From an uncultured Alphaproteobacteria bacterium (GTDB taxonomy: Bacteria; Pseudomonadota; Alphaproteobacteria; RF32; CAG-239): a DNA stretch of 64,000 nucleotides. The stretch's first letter is position 1; every line of letters starts with the position of its first letter. The position numbers were made by a program, and so were the translations under genes. The stretch spans positions 34,043 to 98,042 of the forward strand of contig CAKQNT010000001.1 in NCBI GenBank assembly GCA_934255405.1, given 5' to 3'. Under the pieces are notes generated by a model. It was not told the DNA's origin. It searched no databases and was given only the letters and a program-made list of their open reading frames with translations. This document shows, piece after piece, positions 1-8,594 of this stretch.

Positions 1-2982
1 AAAATCGACTTCATCAAAGTGAAAGACCTCGCGCAATGGCGGAAGTTTTTGCACAAATATAGCCTTGGGCGCTTTGATATCTCTCTCTTTGGCAATGCGT
101 CCGACAAAATAACCCTCGGTTTCCGCCGCTGTATCGGCAGTCAAAAGTTTGGCAAAAATGTTAATGCCGCTGATTGTGGATAATCCGGGAGATTTAATTG
201 AAACAGACATAGCCTTAATATCGCGAATCATATTTTGGTGGATATTAACCACTTCCTGATGGTTGGCAGGATCATACAACTTATCCCCCATAGCGGCAAG
301 CTGCGCTCTGGCGGCATCCACTCTGGCCGCCACTGCCTCATTAAGCTCTTCCAGAGCACTACCGGCAGAGGAGATGAGTTTTTTGCGCACAAAGGAAGGA
401 GTTATTTTTTCACCGAGGCTAACGGTATCTTTAGTATTAAGCATACCATTCTGGCTCAAAATATCCTGCAAGCTCTTTTTAACGGCGGAGGCATATTCAT
501 CCTCCGTGTCGGAAGCCATATTTTGAATATTGGCAAGAACTTTTTTATATTCATCTTGTGCATTGTATGTCGGAGCTGACGAAGCGGCAAAAATAGTGCG
601 CACCTTTTGCCGACGACGGGCAGTGGCAATATTTTTATCCGCTTGGGCAAGTTTTTTCTTCAGCGCTTTGACATTGCTCTTTTGCGTTTTGATGCTTGAA
701 GTCAAAGCGGCAATCTCCGGAGACTCTTTATTTTTGGCGGCGGCGTTATTAAAATTTTTGATTTTATCAGTAGCGCTTGATACCTCACGGGTCGGAGCTG
801 TCCCTCCAACATCTCCGGTTATGCTGTCCGGAAAAGTCTCTTGAGCAGTTACACTTTTGAGCATAGCATCTCCGGCATCATCTTTGGCTTTTTCCCGCAG
901 AGATGAAAGCTTTTGAGTATCTTGTTTAAGTTTATCATTGGCGGCATCAAGCTCTGCCAAAGCTTTTTTGCGCTCGGCATAAAGAGCTCTGATTTTGCCG
1001 GCATAGGTATCATCTATGTGCTTGGCGGCTTCAGTGTCATAGGCTGCCAAAGCTTTATCCTGAGATGAAAGCAGGCTAGTCACCAATGCGGAACGTTTCT
1101 CCCACAAATTGTTACTGATATCGGGGTTCGAACTACTGAGATTTTCCACCGCAACCGCCAAAATATCGTACTGAGAGAAAGAAGTCAGATAAGACTTGAT
1201 ATTGGCGTATTTTTTATCCAGATACTGATTATAAAAATTCTTAACATCAGACCATATCGGAAAACCATTGCCAAACTGCCCCCATTTTTGCGGCTCGCTG
1301 GCCAATGACTTGGAAACCTCGGCGCCGATTTGCCATGAAAGCAAGGCGCTCTTGCGACCTTCGTTGGCCGATTTGGCTTCACTGCTGTCCATGCCCTCTT
1401 CTTCATCATCGCTATCGCGGATAAGTTTTAAGATATCATCAGCCTGTTCATCACTGGTGATAGCGTCAGATTTGACATTGTCGGGATCCACGTCTGAGCT
1501 TCCCATCTTGCTGATATCATCAGCAGAAATCTGCGATGTTTCTGCAGCTTTGGCGGACTGATAATAGTCATATGCCATTTTGGATACACCAGTGCGGTTA
1601 TCATGATCTGTTACATCTGCGCGAGTGCCCCACACCGCAGCGGGATTTTTATAGTGGCGGCCGATGTAATTTTGAGCACACTTGTCAGCAATTTTTAAGG
1701 CATTGAGGGCTTTTTTGTACCGCTCTCTAAGCTCTGCCATACCCTCAGCAAGACCTTTATAACCATCCAGATTATAAATCATATTATGCACTTCAATAGC
1801 TTTTTCTACGGTTTCTGTAATTGGAGCAATTTTTTCCAACTCCGCCATTTTGTCTGCTGCTTCTACATACGGGTGGCTCAGCGGCGAGGCCGGCGGCGTC
1901 ATAAACATAAAAGCATTGTTGGAAATGCCTGAGGTATCAACAATTTTATCTGTACCGGCGGCCACGTCTTCTACCTTAGAAAGCGCCGTCGCGGCATTCA
2001 TATTATCTGCAGCAATTCCCAGCTGGGCAAAAGCCAGAGTTGACGAAGTATGTCTTGAAGAATAGGCATATACCGGCAAAATTTCCATCACTGCCGCATT
2101 AGTTTCTGAAGCAGGAGCGTCATCTTGAGTGGAAGTATCGGCAGTTTGGCTCTTTAGTCCTTTAACATAAGGCGCCGGAGTGCCTTTGTACATGGCTTTG
2201 GCTGATATCAGCTGGGCTCTGAGAGCGGTGATTTTTATGATTTCCTTATACAAATCATTTACGGTCTTGAGAGCCTGACCTTCTATGTACAGGCTTTCGT
2301 TATTGCCATCAGGAGCCGGAGTATCACAGGCCGAAGAATCGCCGCTGATACATTTGCTGGCCGCCTCAACCGAGGCTTTGATGTTGTTATCTAATTCATT
2401 CTGCAGCTGATTTGCCGCGGTATAAATATAGAGCAGAGTATCCTGATAAAACTTCTGCCGATAGTCATTATAAGTCTGTTGTTCTGCCGCGCTGTCGCCG
2501 GGGTATTGCAAAAACAATATTTTGCTCAAGTCATACACACTATCCGCGGAAGTATAATCATATTTTTTGCCTTTATAATAGCAACCATTAAAGTTTTTGC
2601 CCAATCCGATAGAAGCATGAGCGGTGCTAATCGGCGATGCGGCCTCGGCATATTTGGCAAGAGTGCTGCCTAACGTGCCGGTTTGTGCTAGCTTTGTACT
2701 ATCTGCTCCTATCGGCATTGCGCTTAAAGATTCAAGTTCAAGATCGCCGGATATCACCGAGTTGACTGCCGATTTCATATTATTGGCGGTGGCGGTTGCT
2801 GAAGTAATCAAGCTTTTAACATTTTTAGAAAGATCCGAAACCTGACGCAATGTAGAGGGAATATTATCGGCAACATCAGGCAAAGGGTAGGAATCTATAG
2901 ACAACGCCCAAAATGCCCGAGCCGGCAGTGCCGTCAGGATAAAACCACTGAATAATATCGCGCTTATAAGTTTTTTAGACAT
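1..2982 (-). CDS. Large secreted protein, 5' portion only (>990 aa; gene continues past window start). N-terminus MSKKLISAILFSGFILTALPARAFWAL is a signal peptide. No TM segments in the visible part. Last gene visible in this window of the VirB3/VirB4 operon.
   Basis: Manual reverse-complement translation from ATG at 2982..2980 is open to position 1. The ORF track shows only short ORFs here, consistent with one long frame running off the edge. The start codon overlaps the upstream stop (ATGA). Confidence 0.55.
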   Translation of the reverse strand, partial: MSKKLISAILFSGFILTALPARAFWALSIDSYPLPDVADNIPSTLRQVSDLSKNVKSLITSATATANNMKSAVNSVISGDLELESLSAMPIGADSTKLAQTGTLGSTLAKYAEAASPISTAHASIGLGKNFNGCYYKGKKYDYTSADSVYDLSKILFLQYPGDSAAEQQTYNDYRQKFYQDTLLYIYTAANQLQNELDNNIKASVEAASKCISGDSSACDTPAPDGNNESLYIEGQALKTVNDLYKEIIKITALRAQLISAKAMYKGTPAPYVKGLKSQTADTSTQDDAPASETNAAVMEILPVYAYSSRHTSSTLAFAQLGIAADNMNAATALSKVEDVAAGTDKIVDTSGISNNAFMFMTPPASPLSHPYVEAADKMAELEKIAPITETVEKAIEVHNMIYNLDGYKGLAEGMAELRERYKKALNALKIADKCAQNYIGRHYKNPAAVWGTRADVTDHDNRTGVSKMAYDYYQSAKAAETSQISADDISKMGSSDVDPDNVKSDAITSDEQADDILKLIRDSDDEEEGMDSSEAKSANEGRKSALLSWQIGAEVSKSLASEPQKWGQFGNGFPIWSDVKNFYNQYLDKKYANIKSYLTSFSQYDILAVAVENLSSSNPDISNNLWEKRSALVTSLLSSQDKALAAYDTEAAKHIDDTYAGKIRALYAERKKALAELDAANDKLKQDTQKLSSLREKAKDDAGDAMLKSVTAQETFPDSITGDVGGTAPTREVSSATDKIKNFNNAAAKNKESPEIAALTSSIKTQKSNVKALKKKLAQADKNIATARRRQKVRTIFAASSAPTYNAQDEYKKVLANIQNMASDTEDEYASAVKKSLQDILSQNGMLNTKDTVSLGEKITPSFVRKKLISSAGSALEELNEAVAARVDAARAQLAAMGDKLYDPANHQEVVNIHQNMIRDIKAMSVSIKSPGLSTISGINIFAKLLTADTAAETEGYFVGRIAKERDIKAPKAIFVQKLPPLREVFHFDEVDF

Positions 2983-4586
2983 CAGATCATCCCCTCTATT
3001 GAAGTTGCCTGTTCTTGCGCAGAAGACGATGCATTACCATGTGACTTGTTGGTTACAGAGGTAACAATATCTTTACCGACAGACACCGTATCCTTAACTG
3101 TTGACACCGTATCTTTGACTGTTGAGGCAGTATCTTTGACTGTTGACACAGTATTTTTGACTGTTGAGGCAGTATCCTTAACCGTTGACACAGTATTTTT
3201 GACTTTATCCGTAGCTGCCGCTGCCGCGTTTTGGGCTTTTGCGGCAACGCTTAAGCCTTTTTCTTTAAGTTCTTCTGCTTTGTTTTTGGCATTACTGACG
3301 GCGGTTTGGGTTTTGTTAATTGCTGAAGCCGCGCTAGTTTTTGCATTTTTGGCAGTTTCTTTGAGCTTGCGAATTTTATAATCTGCTCCGATATTATCTT
3401 GGTCTGTATAATTACATAGGTTAAAACCGCCGGAAGTTCCGCTGGAATCCAAACCATGCAAAGATGCCATTTCTTGAGCTGTTTGCATCTTCAAATCTGC
3501 CAATATAACTTTGGCGTATTTTTGCAACATATTCATCTGTTCTATCAAAACTTGAGCATTAATTCCGGCGCCTTCGGATTCACCGGTCATAGTATCTGCC
3601 AAATCTTCTTTAGACGTGGCGGAATCAATATTGCTTTGGCGCTCTGACAACATATCGGCGCGGACAGACAAGGCCTCGGCAGAAGAATTGCTCAATGCCT
3701 TTTTGCGTTCTCTTTTCCTTTCTTTGGCCTGCTTGATACTGGCTTTGCCTTTGGTAAACAACTTATCTTCTAAAGAATCCTTAAGTTCGCCAAAGTTTGC
3801 TTCTTTTCCACCGGCGGATTTAACCAGCGATGATTTAGAAGCGGTTTCGGCCAATTTTTTAGTGAGTTCGGCAATCTGTTTAGTTTTTTCAACAACTTTA
3901 TCTTTGAACTCATTATCTATTTCTTTATATTGCGCCTCCAATTTATTTTGTTGGTCGGTTTGTTCCTGTTTAATTCGTTTAAGATCATCAACCATCGACT
4001 GAATCTCGCTGCTTGGAACCTTGGCTTCGGCATTTTGAATTTTTGGCAGGTCTGCCGTTGCCGCATTTGACACTAATTTTCCATTTTCATCAACATCCAA
4101 TCCATAAGACTTGGCGGCCACAGTCAGATTATTGCGGACAGCATTTGCTTTAGCTGTAGTTTGCTCTTTTAGCAAATCAACTTCATTAGCCAGCTCCTGT
4201 TGTTTGGAAAGTTTATTCTCCTGCAATTTCTTGAGCGCTTTGCTTTCTTCGACAATTTTTTTAGATATTCTGGCGGCCTCAAGTTCCGGGCTGTCTTTTA
4301 TTTTGCCATATTCTTCCTGCCCTTTTTCATAGACTTTTTTAGCAAAGGTCAGACCTTGTTTGGTATATTTAATTCCGTCGCCGACAAACTGTCCAAACTG
4401 CGAATCCTGAATATTCTGCATCACCTCTTGAGCTTCGCCGACTTTGCCTTGCACCCAGCTCACAAACTTTGACGGAGTTTTGCCATAGTCAATTTTTGTA
4501 AACTGCGCCTGCGCTGCTGGTATAAACGCCGCGCTGCTACAGACAAACGCTATTCCCATAATAAATGCCGCGGTATACTGTTTCAT
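2982..4586 (-). CDS. Secreted coiled-coil protein (534 aa) with C-terminal 7-aa tandem repeats (STVKDTA/V).
   Basis: Signal peptide MKQYTAAFIMGIAFVCSSAAFIPAAQA. K/E-rich heptad-like sequence. 21-bp DNA tandem repeats at about 3075-3210. Start overlaps upstream stop (ATGA). Confidence 0.55.
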   Translation of the reverse strand: MKQYTAAFIMGIAFVCSSAAFIPAAQAQFTKIDYGKTPSKFVSWVQGKVGEAQEVMQNIQDSQFGQFVGDGIKYTKQGLTFAKKVYEKGQEEYGKIKDSPELEAARISKKIVEESKALKKLQENKLSKQQELANEVDLLKEQTTAKANAVRNNLTVAAKSYGLDVDENGKLVSNAATADLPKIQNAEAKVPSSEIQSMVDDLKRIKQEQTDQQNKLEAQYKEIDNEFKDKVVEKTKQIAELTKKLAETASKSSLVKSAGGKEANFGELKDSLEDKLFTKGKASIKQAKERKRERKKALSNSSAEALSVRADMLSERQSNIDSATSKEDLADTMTGESEGAGINAQVLIEQMNMLQKYAKVILADLKMQTAQEMASLHGLDSSGTSGGFNLCNYTDQDNIGADYKIRKLKETAKNAKTSAASAINKTQTAVSNAKNKAEELKEKGLSVAAKAQNAAAAATDKVKNTVSTVKDTASTVKNTVSTVKDTASTVKDTVSTVKDTVSVGKDIVTSVTNKSHGNASSSAQEQATSIEGMI

Positions 4587-5083
4587 TATTTTTCCTCCGC
4601 TTCGCTATTATCTGAGATATCCAGCCCCGCCAAAATTTGCAACCCCTCCAGATTGGCTATTGCCGCCTCAAGTTCCATCAGTTGTTTAACATTTTCGGCA
4701 ATTTCTTTGGCTGGTGCTTTAACCTTATCTTGCAGCACATGATTTTTATCTGTTGCGCCCAGAAGTCCGCCGGCTAAGCCACTGATTTTGCCGACAGCAC
4801 TATTATTGCCGGACGCTGCGGCTGACGATGCAGCAGAGATAATAAAAGATTCCGCATACAGTCTGGCGGCATATTCATTGATGGTGTCGTCCAATTTTTG
4901 TCGCAAGTCTTGCGCATTTTTTGAACTGGTGCGTGGCGCAGTATTTTCTTTGATAATAATATCAATATTGCCGCTCACGTCCTGCGGGTTTTCTATATAT
5001 GTCGGCACATCAAACGCTTGCGCGGCAGACAACGGCAGCAAACTCAATACAGCAACTAACAATGAGTAAAACATCTTATTCAT
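4586..5083 (-). CDS. Small secreted protein (165 aa).
   Basis: Signal peptide MNKMFYSLLVAVLSLLPLSAAQA. Translationally coupled to flanking genes. Confidence 0.45.
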   Translation of the reverse strand: MNKMFYSLLVAVLSLLPLSAAQAFDVPTYIENPQDVSGNIDIIIKENTAPRTSSKNAQDLRQKLDDTINEYAARLYAESFIISAASSAAASGNNSAVGKISGLAGGLLGATDKNHVLQDKVKAPAKEIAENVKQLMELEAAIANLEGLQILAGLDISDNSEAEEK

Positions 5084-6158
5084 CTTTTATCTCCTTTGCC
5101 ACCGTAGAATCTTTTTCAAAAGCGCGGCGACGAACTACTGGCGCTTGCTTTTGGCCAATATCCAGCAATTGTGTCTTTTGCGCATTAGAATTTGTGTTCT
5201 TTAGCTTAGCAACGCCGATTGAATCTGCCTGCTTAAGCTGCTCGGTTAATCCGACTTGAGTATGAATCTGCTGGGTTTGCTCAGTTTCCGGCAATGGTTC
5301 TTGAGCCAGAGCAGTAACATTATCGGCAGTAACATCTGTTTGCAAATCGGCAGACAAAACTTCTTGAGGCAGAGATATATCCGTTGTGGCCGGCGCAACT
5401 GTGGTCAACTCCTGTATGGTGCTGACAGTCTGCTCCTGTGCGGTGCTATCAGTTTGCTCTTGCGTTTGCAACGGAGTCATTTCCGGCGTGTCGGTTATCG
5501 GAGTTTGCTCCGTTGTTTTAGAGGTTGTTCCGGTAACTTTATCGTGAATGTTGCTAATTTTGCCGGTCGATGTAGAAATTTTTTCCGCTGCCAGTCCTTT
5601 TACATCTTTAACTCCGTCTTTAACTTCGGCATATTGATTTTTGGCATCATCTAACTTGCCTTTAGCATCATCTAACTTGCCTTTAGCGCTGTCAACTTTG
5701 TTTTCCAGTTGTTCTGCCTTGGCTTGAGCCTCTTCTATCTTTTTTTTGACGGCTTCAACTTTGGCCTGAGCCTTTTCATAGCGTTGTTTTAACTTGTCTG
5801 CACGTTGTTTGACTTCAGCAGCACGCTTGGCAAGAGCTTCTTTTTTTTCTTTAGCTTTAGCTGCCGCAGCTTGCATTTTTTCATATTTGGCCTGAACCTT
5901 TTCATAGCGCTGTTTTGCGGAAGCGGCTTTATCCTTAGCTTTTTTTAGTTTATTAAAATCTCCTAACGCCCCTATTTTTTTTTGCATGTATTCATTGGTA
6001 AGATTATCAATTTTCTTAATTTCTTTATTTCCTGCTTGGGTAACATTGTTGAGACCATCAAGAACATTAACAACCCAATCAGTAGGCGCATAACAGGGCC
6101 GCCCCATCAAAACAAGGAGCAAAACCAGCATAGCTACAAATGTCTTTTTTTGCATCAT
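5076..6158 (-). CDS. Secreted coiled-coil protein (360 aa), K/A/E-rich, with internal sequence duplications.
   Basis: N-terminal signal peptide. Repeats KQRYEKAQAK and DAKGKLD x2 (21-bp direct DNA repeat 5646-5687). ATGA overlap with upstream gene. Confidence 0.5.
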   Translation of the reverse strand: MMQKKTFVAMLVLLLVLMGRPCYAPTDWVVNVLDGLNNVTQAGNKEIKKIDNLTNEYMQKKIGALGDFNKLKKAKDKAASAKQRYEKVQAKYEKMQAAAAKAKEKKEALAKRAAEVKQRADKLKQRYEKAQAKVEAVKKKIEEAQAKAEQLENKVDSAKGKLDDAKGKLDDAKNQYAEVKDGVKDVKGLAAEKISTSTGKISNIHDKVTGTTSKTTEQTPITDTPEMTPLQTQEQTDSTAQEQTVSTIQELTTVAPATTDISLPQEVLSADLQTDVTADNVTALAQEPLPETEQTQQIHTQVGLTEQLKQADSIGVAKLKNTNSNAQKTQLLDIGQKQAPVVRRRAFEKDSTVAKEIKDE

Positions 6159-6733
6159 TGCTCGGCCTCCCTTTGTTCGGCATTGCGGAAGGCGGCGTCT
6201 GTTTCAAAGAAATTTTTATATGCGTCAATGCCCATATTGGTGGTATAAACGGCGATTATTTTATTAAGATTTTCTGCGCTGCGAGAATATATTTTGGCAT
6301 TTTTGGTTTGATCTTTGCGCAGATTTTCACCATCTGCAGAAATAGCTCCGCCGGCGGCGGCGCTACCGGATTGAATACCGCTATCATCGCCCAGTCTTTT
6401 GTCAAGGGTTTCTTCATAATCACCGGCATCTGTCTTATATTTTAATGCTATATTTAGAGCATTTTTATTAACTTGATGCATGGTTTGTTTGGCAAGCCTA
6501 TCAATAGAATCGGTATCTGCTGCAATTTTGTTCAAACATTTGTCTATCTTGTCTTGATTAGCGGCGTCGGCAGAAGATATTCCACAGCGCATGGCCAAGG
6601 TCTTGGGCAAGAGCATATCGCCATCAGCCGTAGTGCCATCATCAAGATTAAATCCTGCTGCGCATAGCGGAATGGCCGCCAACATTGCTGCTGGCAGAAA
6701 AATTATCCAACTATGCAGGCGGAGCTTATTCAT
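6155..6733 (-). CDS. Secreted protein (192 aa) whose C-terminal domain is paralogous to the C-terminus of the 593-aa VirB5-like protein (shared motif LAMRCGISSADA...DKCL).
   Basis: Start chosen at MNKLRLHSWIIFLPAAMLAAIPLCAAG (signal peptide), preceded by GAGGAGG 6 nt upstream. The ORF-track start at 6769 was rejected. Confidence 0.5.
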   Translation of the reverse strand: MNKLRLHSWIIFLPAAMLAAIPLCAAGFNLDDGTTADGDMLLPKTLAMRCGISSADAANQDKIDKCLNKIAADTDSIDRLAKQTMHQVNKNALNIALKYKTDAGDYEETLDKRLGDDSGIQSGSAAAGGAISADGENLRKDQTKNAKIYSRSAENLNKIIAVYTTNMGIDAYKNFFETDAAFRNAEQREAEQ

Positions 6734-6734
6734 C

Positions 6735-8516
6735 TTAATCCTCCTCAGGTACGTACAAACCTTGACCATAATTGATAAGAGCTCTGGTTGCCAATTTTGA
6801 GCTTTGGATTTTAAGCAGATTGTTCATTTGCATATCTATTGCCTGATTTAACTGGACGATATTGGCATAAGTGTCTCGCGCATTATCTTCCGGCGCATAT
6901 TCTATCGGCTCAACAAATTTTTCAATAAAGCTATCGGCGTCTTGTCTGGCCTTAAAAGCCTCGGCAATTGTTGCGGCAACTGATTGAGCCACCGCCATAT
7001 TGTAGACTTTTGGCGCATCACTGCCGGAATACGCCTGAGATCCAACACGCTCTTTATTAATACGAAGCAGGCAGTCGTCAACAGCGTTTTCTTTGGTCGC
7101 ATCGGCAGAAGACAATCCGCAATACATAGCCAAAGCCCGCGGGATTAAGACGTTACCATTAAAATCTGTACCTCCATCAGGAAGAGTGAGCTTGGCAAAA
7201 GCCAAAGTCTCGGTAGTATGCAACGCCGAGGTTTTAAACGCTTTGCGGCGGAATTTCTGCTGAGGAGCAACCACAGTTGGATTTTTGGACGGAAGGGCTC
7301 TGATATTTTTGGCTGCCGGTTTTGTGGTGGTCTGTGGGGTTTCAAGCTTAATCGATTTCGGTGCAGATACTATCGGCTGCGTTGTTGATAGTTCTCCCTC
7401 TATAGTCTGAGCACCACCGGAAGCGACAACCGGCGCGGCGTTGCTTGTATCCGCCGGCAGAGTGGCATTTGCTGTAGAAGCGGCGGCATTACTTGTACCT
7501 TCTGCACCAGTTGCATTTTCAGATGCGGTTAGCGGAACAGTGCTTCTGCTGTCAACCGCAGGCAATGTAGCAACCGGATTAGGCGCTGCGACGGGATTGG
7601 GTGCGGCTGCGACAGGCGAAGCAACAACGGAAGTAGAAACCGTTTCAGTTGCGCCGGAAGATATTGCAGAGCCAACAGATGTATCTGTGCCGGCGGCCGG
7701 AACATTAGCCTCTGTAGTTGGCGCGGTATCAGCGGCCGAAACATTGGCCTCTGCAGTTGGCGCGGTATCAGCAGCCGGAACATTGGCCTCTGTAGTTGGC
7801 GTTGTGACATCAGCTGCAGTTTCAAACGGTTTGCGACCCGAAACCGGCACCGCGGGTTCTATAGTCGTAGCACCTGCAACATCTTCAGCCTTGGCAATTT
7901 CATCTTGGTCGGCGGTCGGTTCGGCAGCAGTCTCGGAAGCGTTGTCATCGGTTTGAGAATCGTCTTTTTTATCTTTTAAACCGGCCTTGTCCGCTGCTTT
8001 GTCAACTTTATCTTTGACACCATCAATAGTGCTGCTTGCCTTGTCTTTGATGGCACCGGCAGCCTCTTTGGCGGTATTAACGGTATCTTTGGCTGCTTGC
8101 ACACCATCCTTAGCCTCTTGTATGCCGTCCTCCATTTCTTTTTTGAACTCTTTGGCTTTAGCGATGTTTTCATCCAGCTCTGCTTTGTAGGCTTCGTATT
8201 CTTTTTTGTATTTTTCAACTTTATCTTTATATTTTTTGGCTTTAGCGACAGCTTCTTCTATCTTTTGCTTTTTTTTGAGCACATATTCTGATACGGTTTT
8301 CTGGGCTCCGCCAATAGCTGCAGCTCCTGTTTGAACTGTAATCATAATAGATACTACCGTTGCATTTTCTCTGACTTTGGTGCCAAAAGACTTTATTTCC
8401 TGAATCGTACTAGATGTATCAATCACCGGCACAGCAACGGCTTTAGGGCTAGAAGCAAGCACAATCAGCCAGGCAAGAAAAACACTTGTAAGCATGGTGT
8501 TGATATATTTTTTCAT
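6735..8516 (-). CDS. VirB5/TrbJ-like protein with long extension (593 aa). Signal peptide, then mature N-terminus VPVIDTSS, then a coiled coil. A T/A/P-rich 13-aa repeat region follows, then a conserved C-terminal domain.
   Basis: Positioned directly after virB4, where virB5/trbJ sits in P-type operons. Mature N-terminus resembles the TrbJ/VirB5 family start (inference from memory, not searched). 39-bp tandem repeats 7705-7815. Confidence 0.45.
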   Translation of the reverse strand: MKKYINTMLTSVFLAWLIVLASSPKAVAVPVIDTSSTIQEIKSFGTKVRENATVVSIMITVQTGAAAIGGAQKTVSEYVLKKKQKIEEAVAKAKKYKDKVEKYKKEYEAYKAELDENIAKAKEFKKEMEDGIQEAKDGVQAAKDTVNTAKEAAGAIKDKASSTIDGVKDKVDKAADKAGLKDKKDDSQTDDNASETAAEPTADQDEIAKAEDVAGATTIEPAVPVSGRKPFETAADVTTPTTEANVPAADTAPTAEANVSAADTAPTTEANVPAAGTDTSVGSAISSGATETVSTSVVASPVAAAPNPVAAPNPVATLPAVDSRSTVPLTASENATGAEGTSNAAASTANATLPADTSNAAPVVASGGAQTIEGELSTTQPIVSAPKSIKLETPQTTTKPAAKNIRALPSKNPTVVAPQQKFRRKAFKTSALHTTETLAFAKLTLPDGGTDFNGNVLIPRALAMYCGLSSADATKENAVDDCLLRINKERVGSQAYSGSDAPKVYNMAVAQSVAATIAEAFKARQDADSFIEKFVEPIEYAPEDNARDTYANIVQLNQAIDMQMNNLLKIQSSKLATRALINYGQGLYVPEED

Positions 8517-8594
8517 CTCGGCCTCCTGTCAGCTGCCATATATATTTATTATAGCATGTTTGCCGCCGCAAATAAACGAATTTGCGCGTTTTCG

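Noticed and set aside
3075-3210. Periodic 21-bp repeats considered as a possible CRISPR array
   Set aside because: Repeats are contiguous with no unique spacers, are imperfect, and are in frame within a coding sequence (7-aa protein repeats).
3046-3381. Plus-strand 111-aa ORF and other antisense ORFs (for example 7441-7956, 11471-11995, 12452-12940, 14669-15300) inside the large minus-strand genes
   Set aside because: They lie within repeat or low-complexity coding regions of well-supported genes on the other strand, where long antisense open frames arise by chance. No RBS or coherent protein features.
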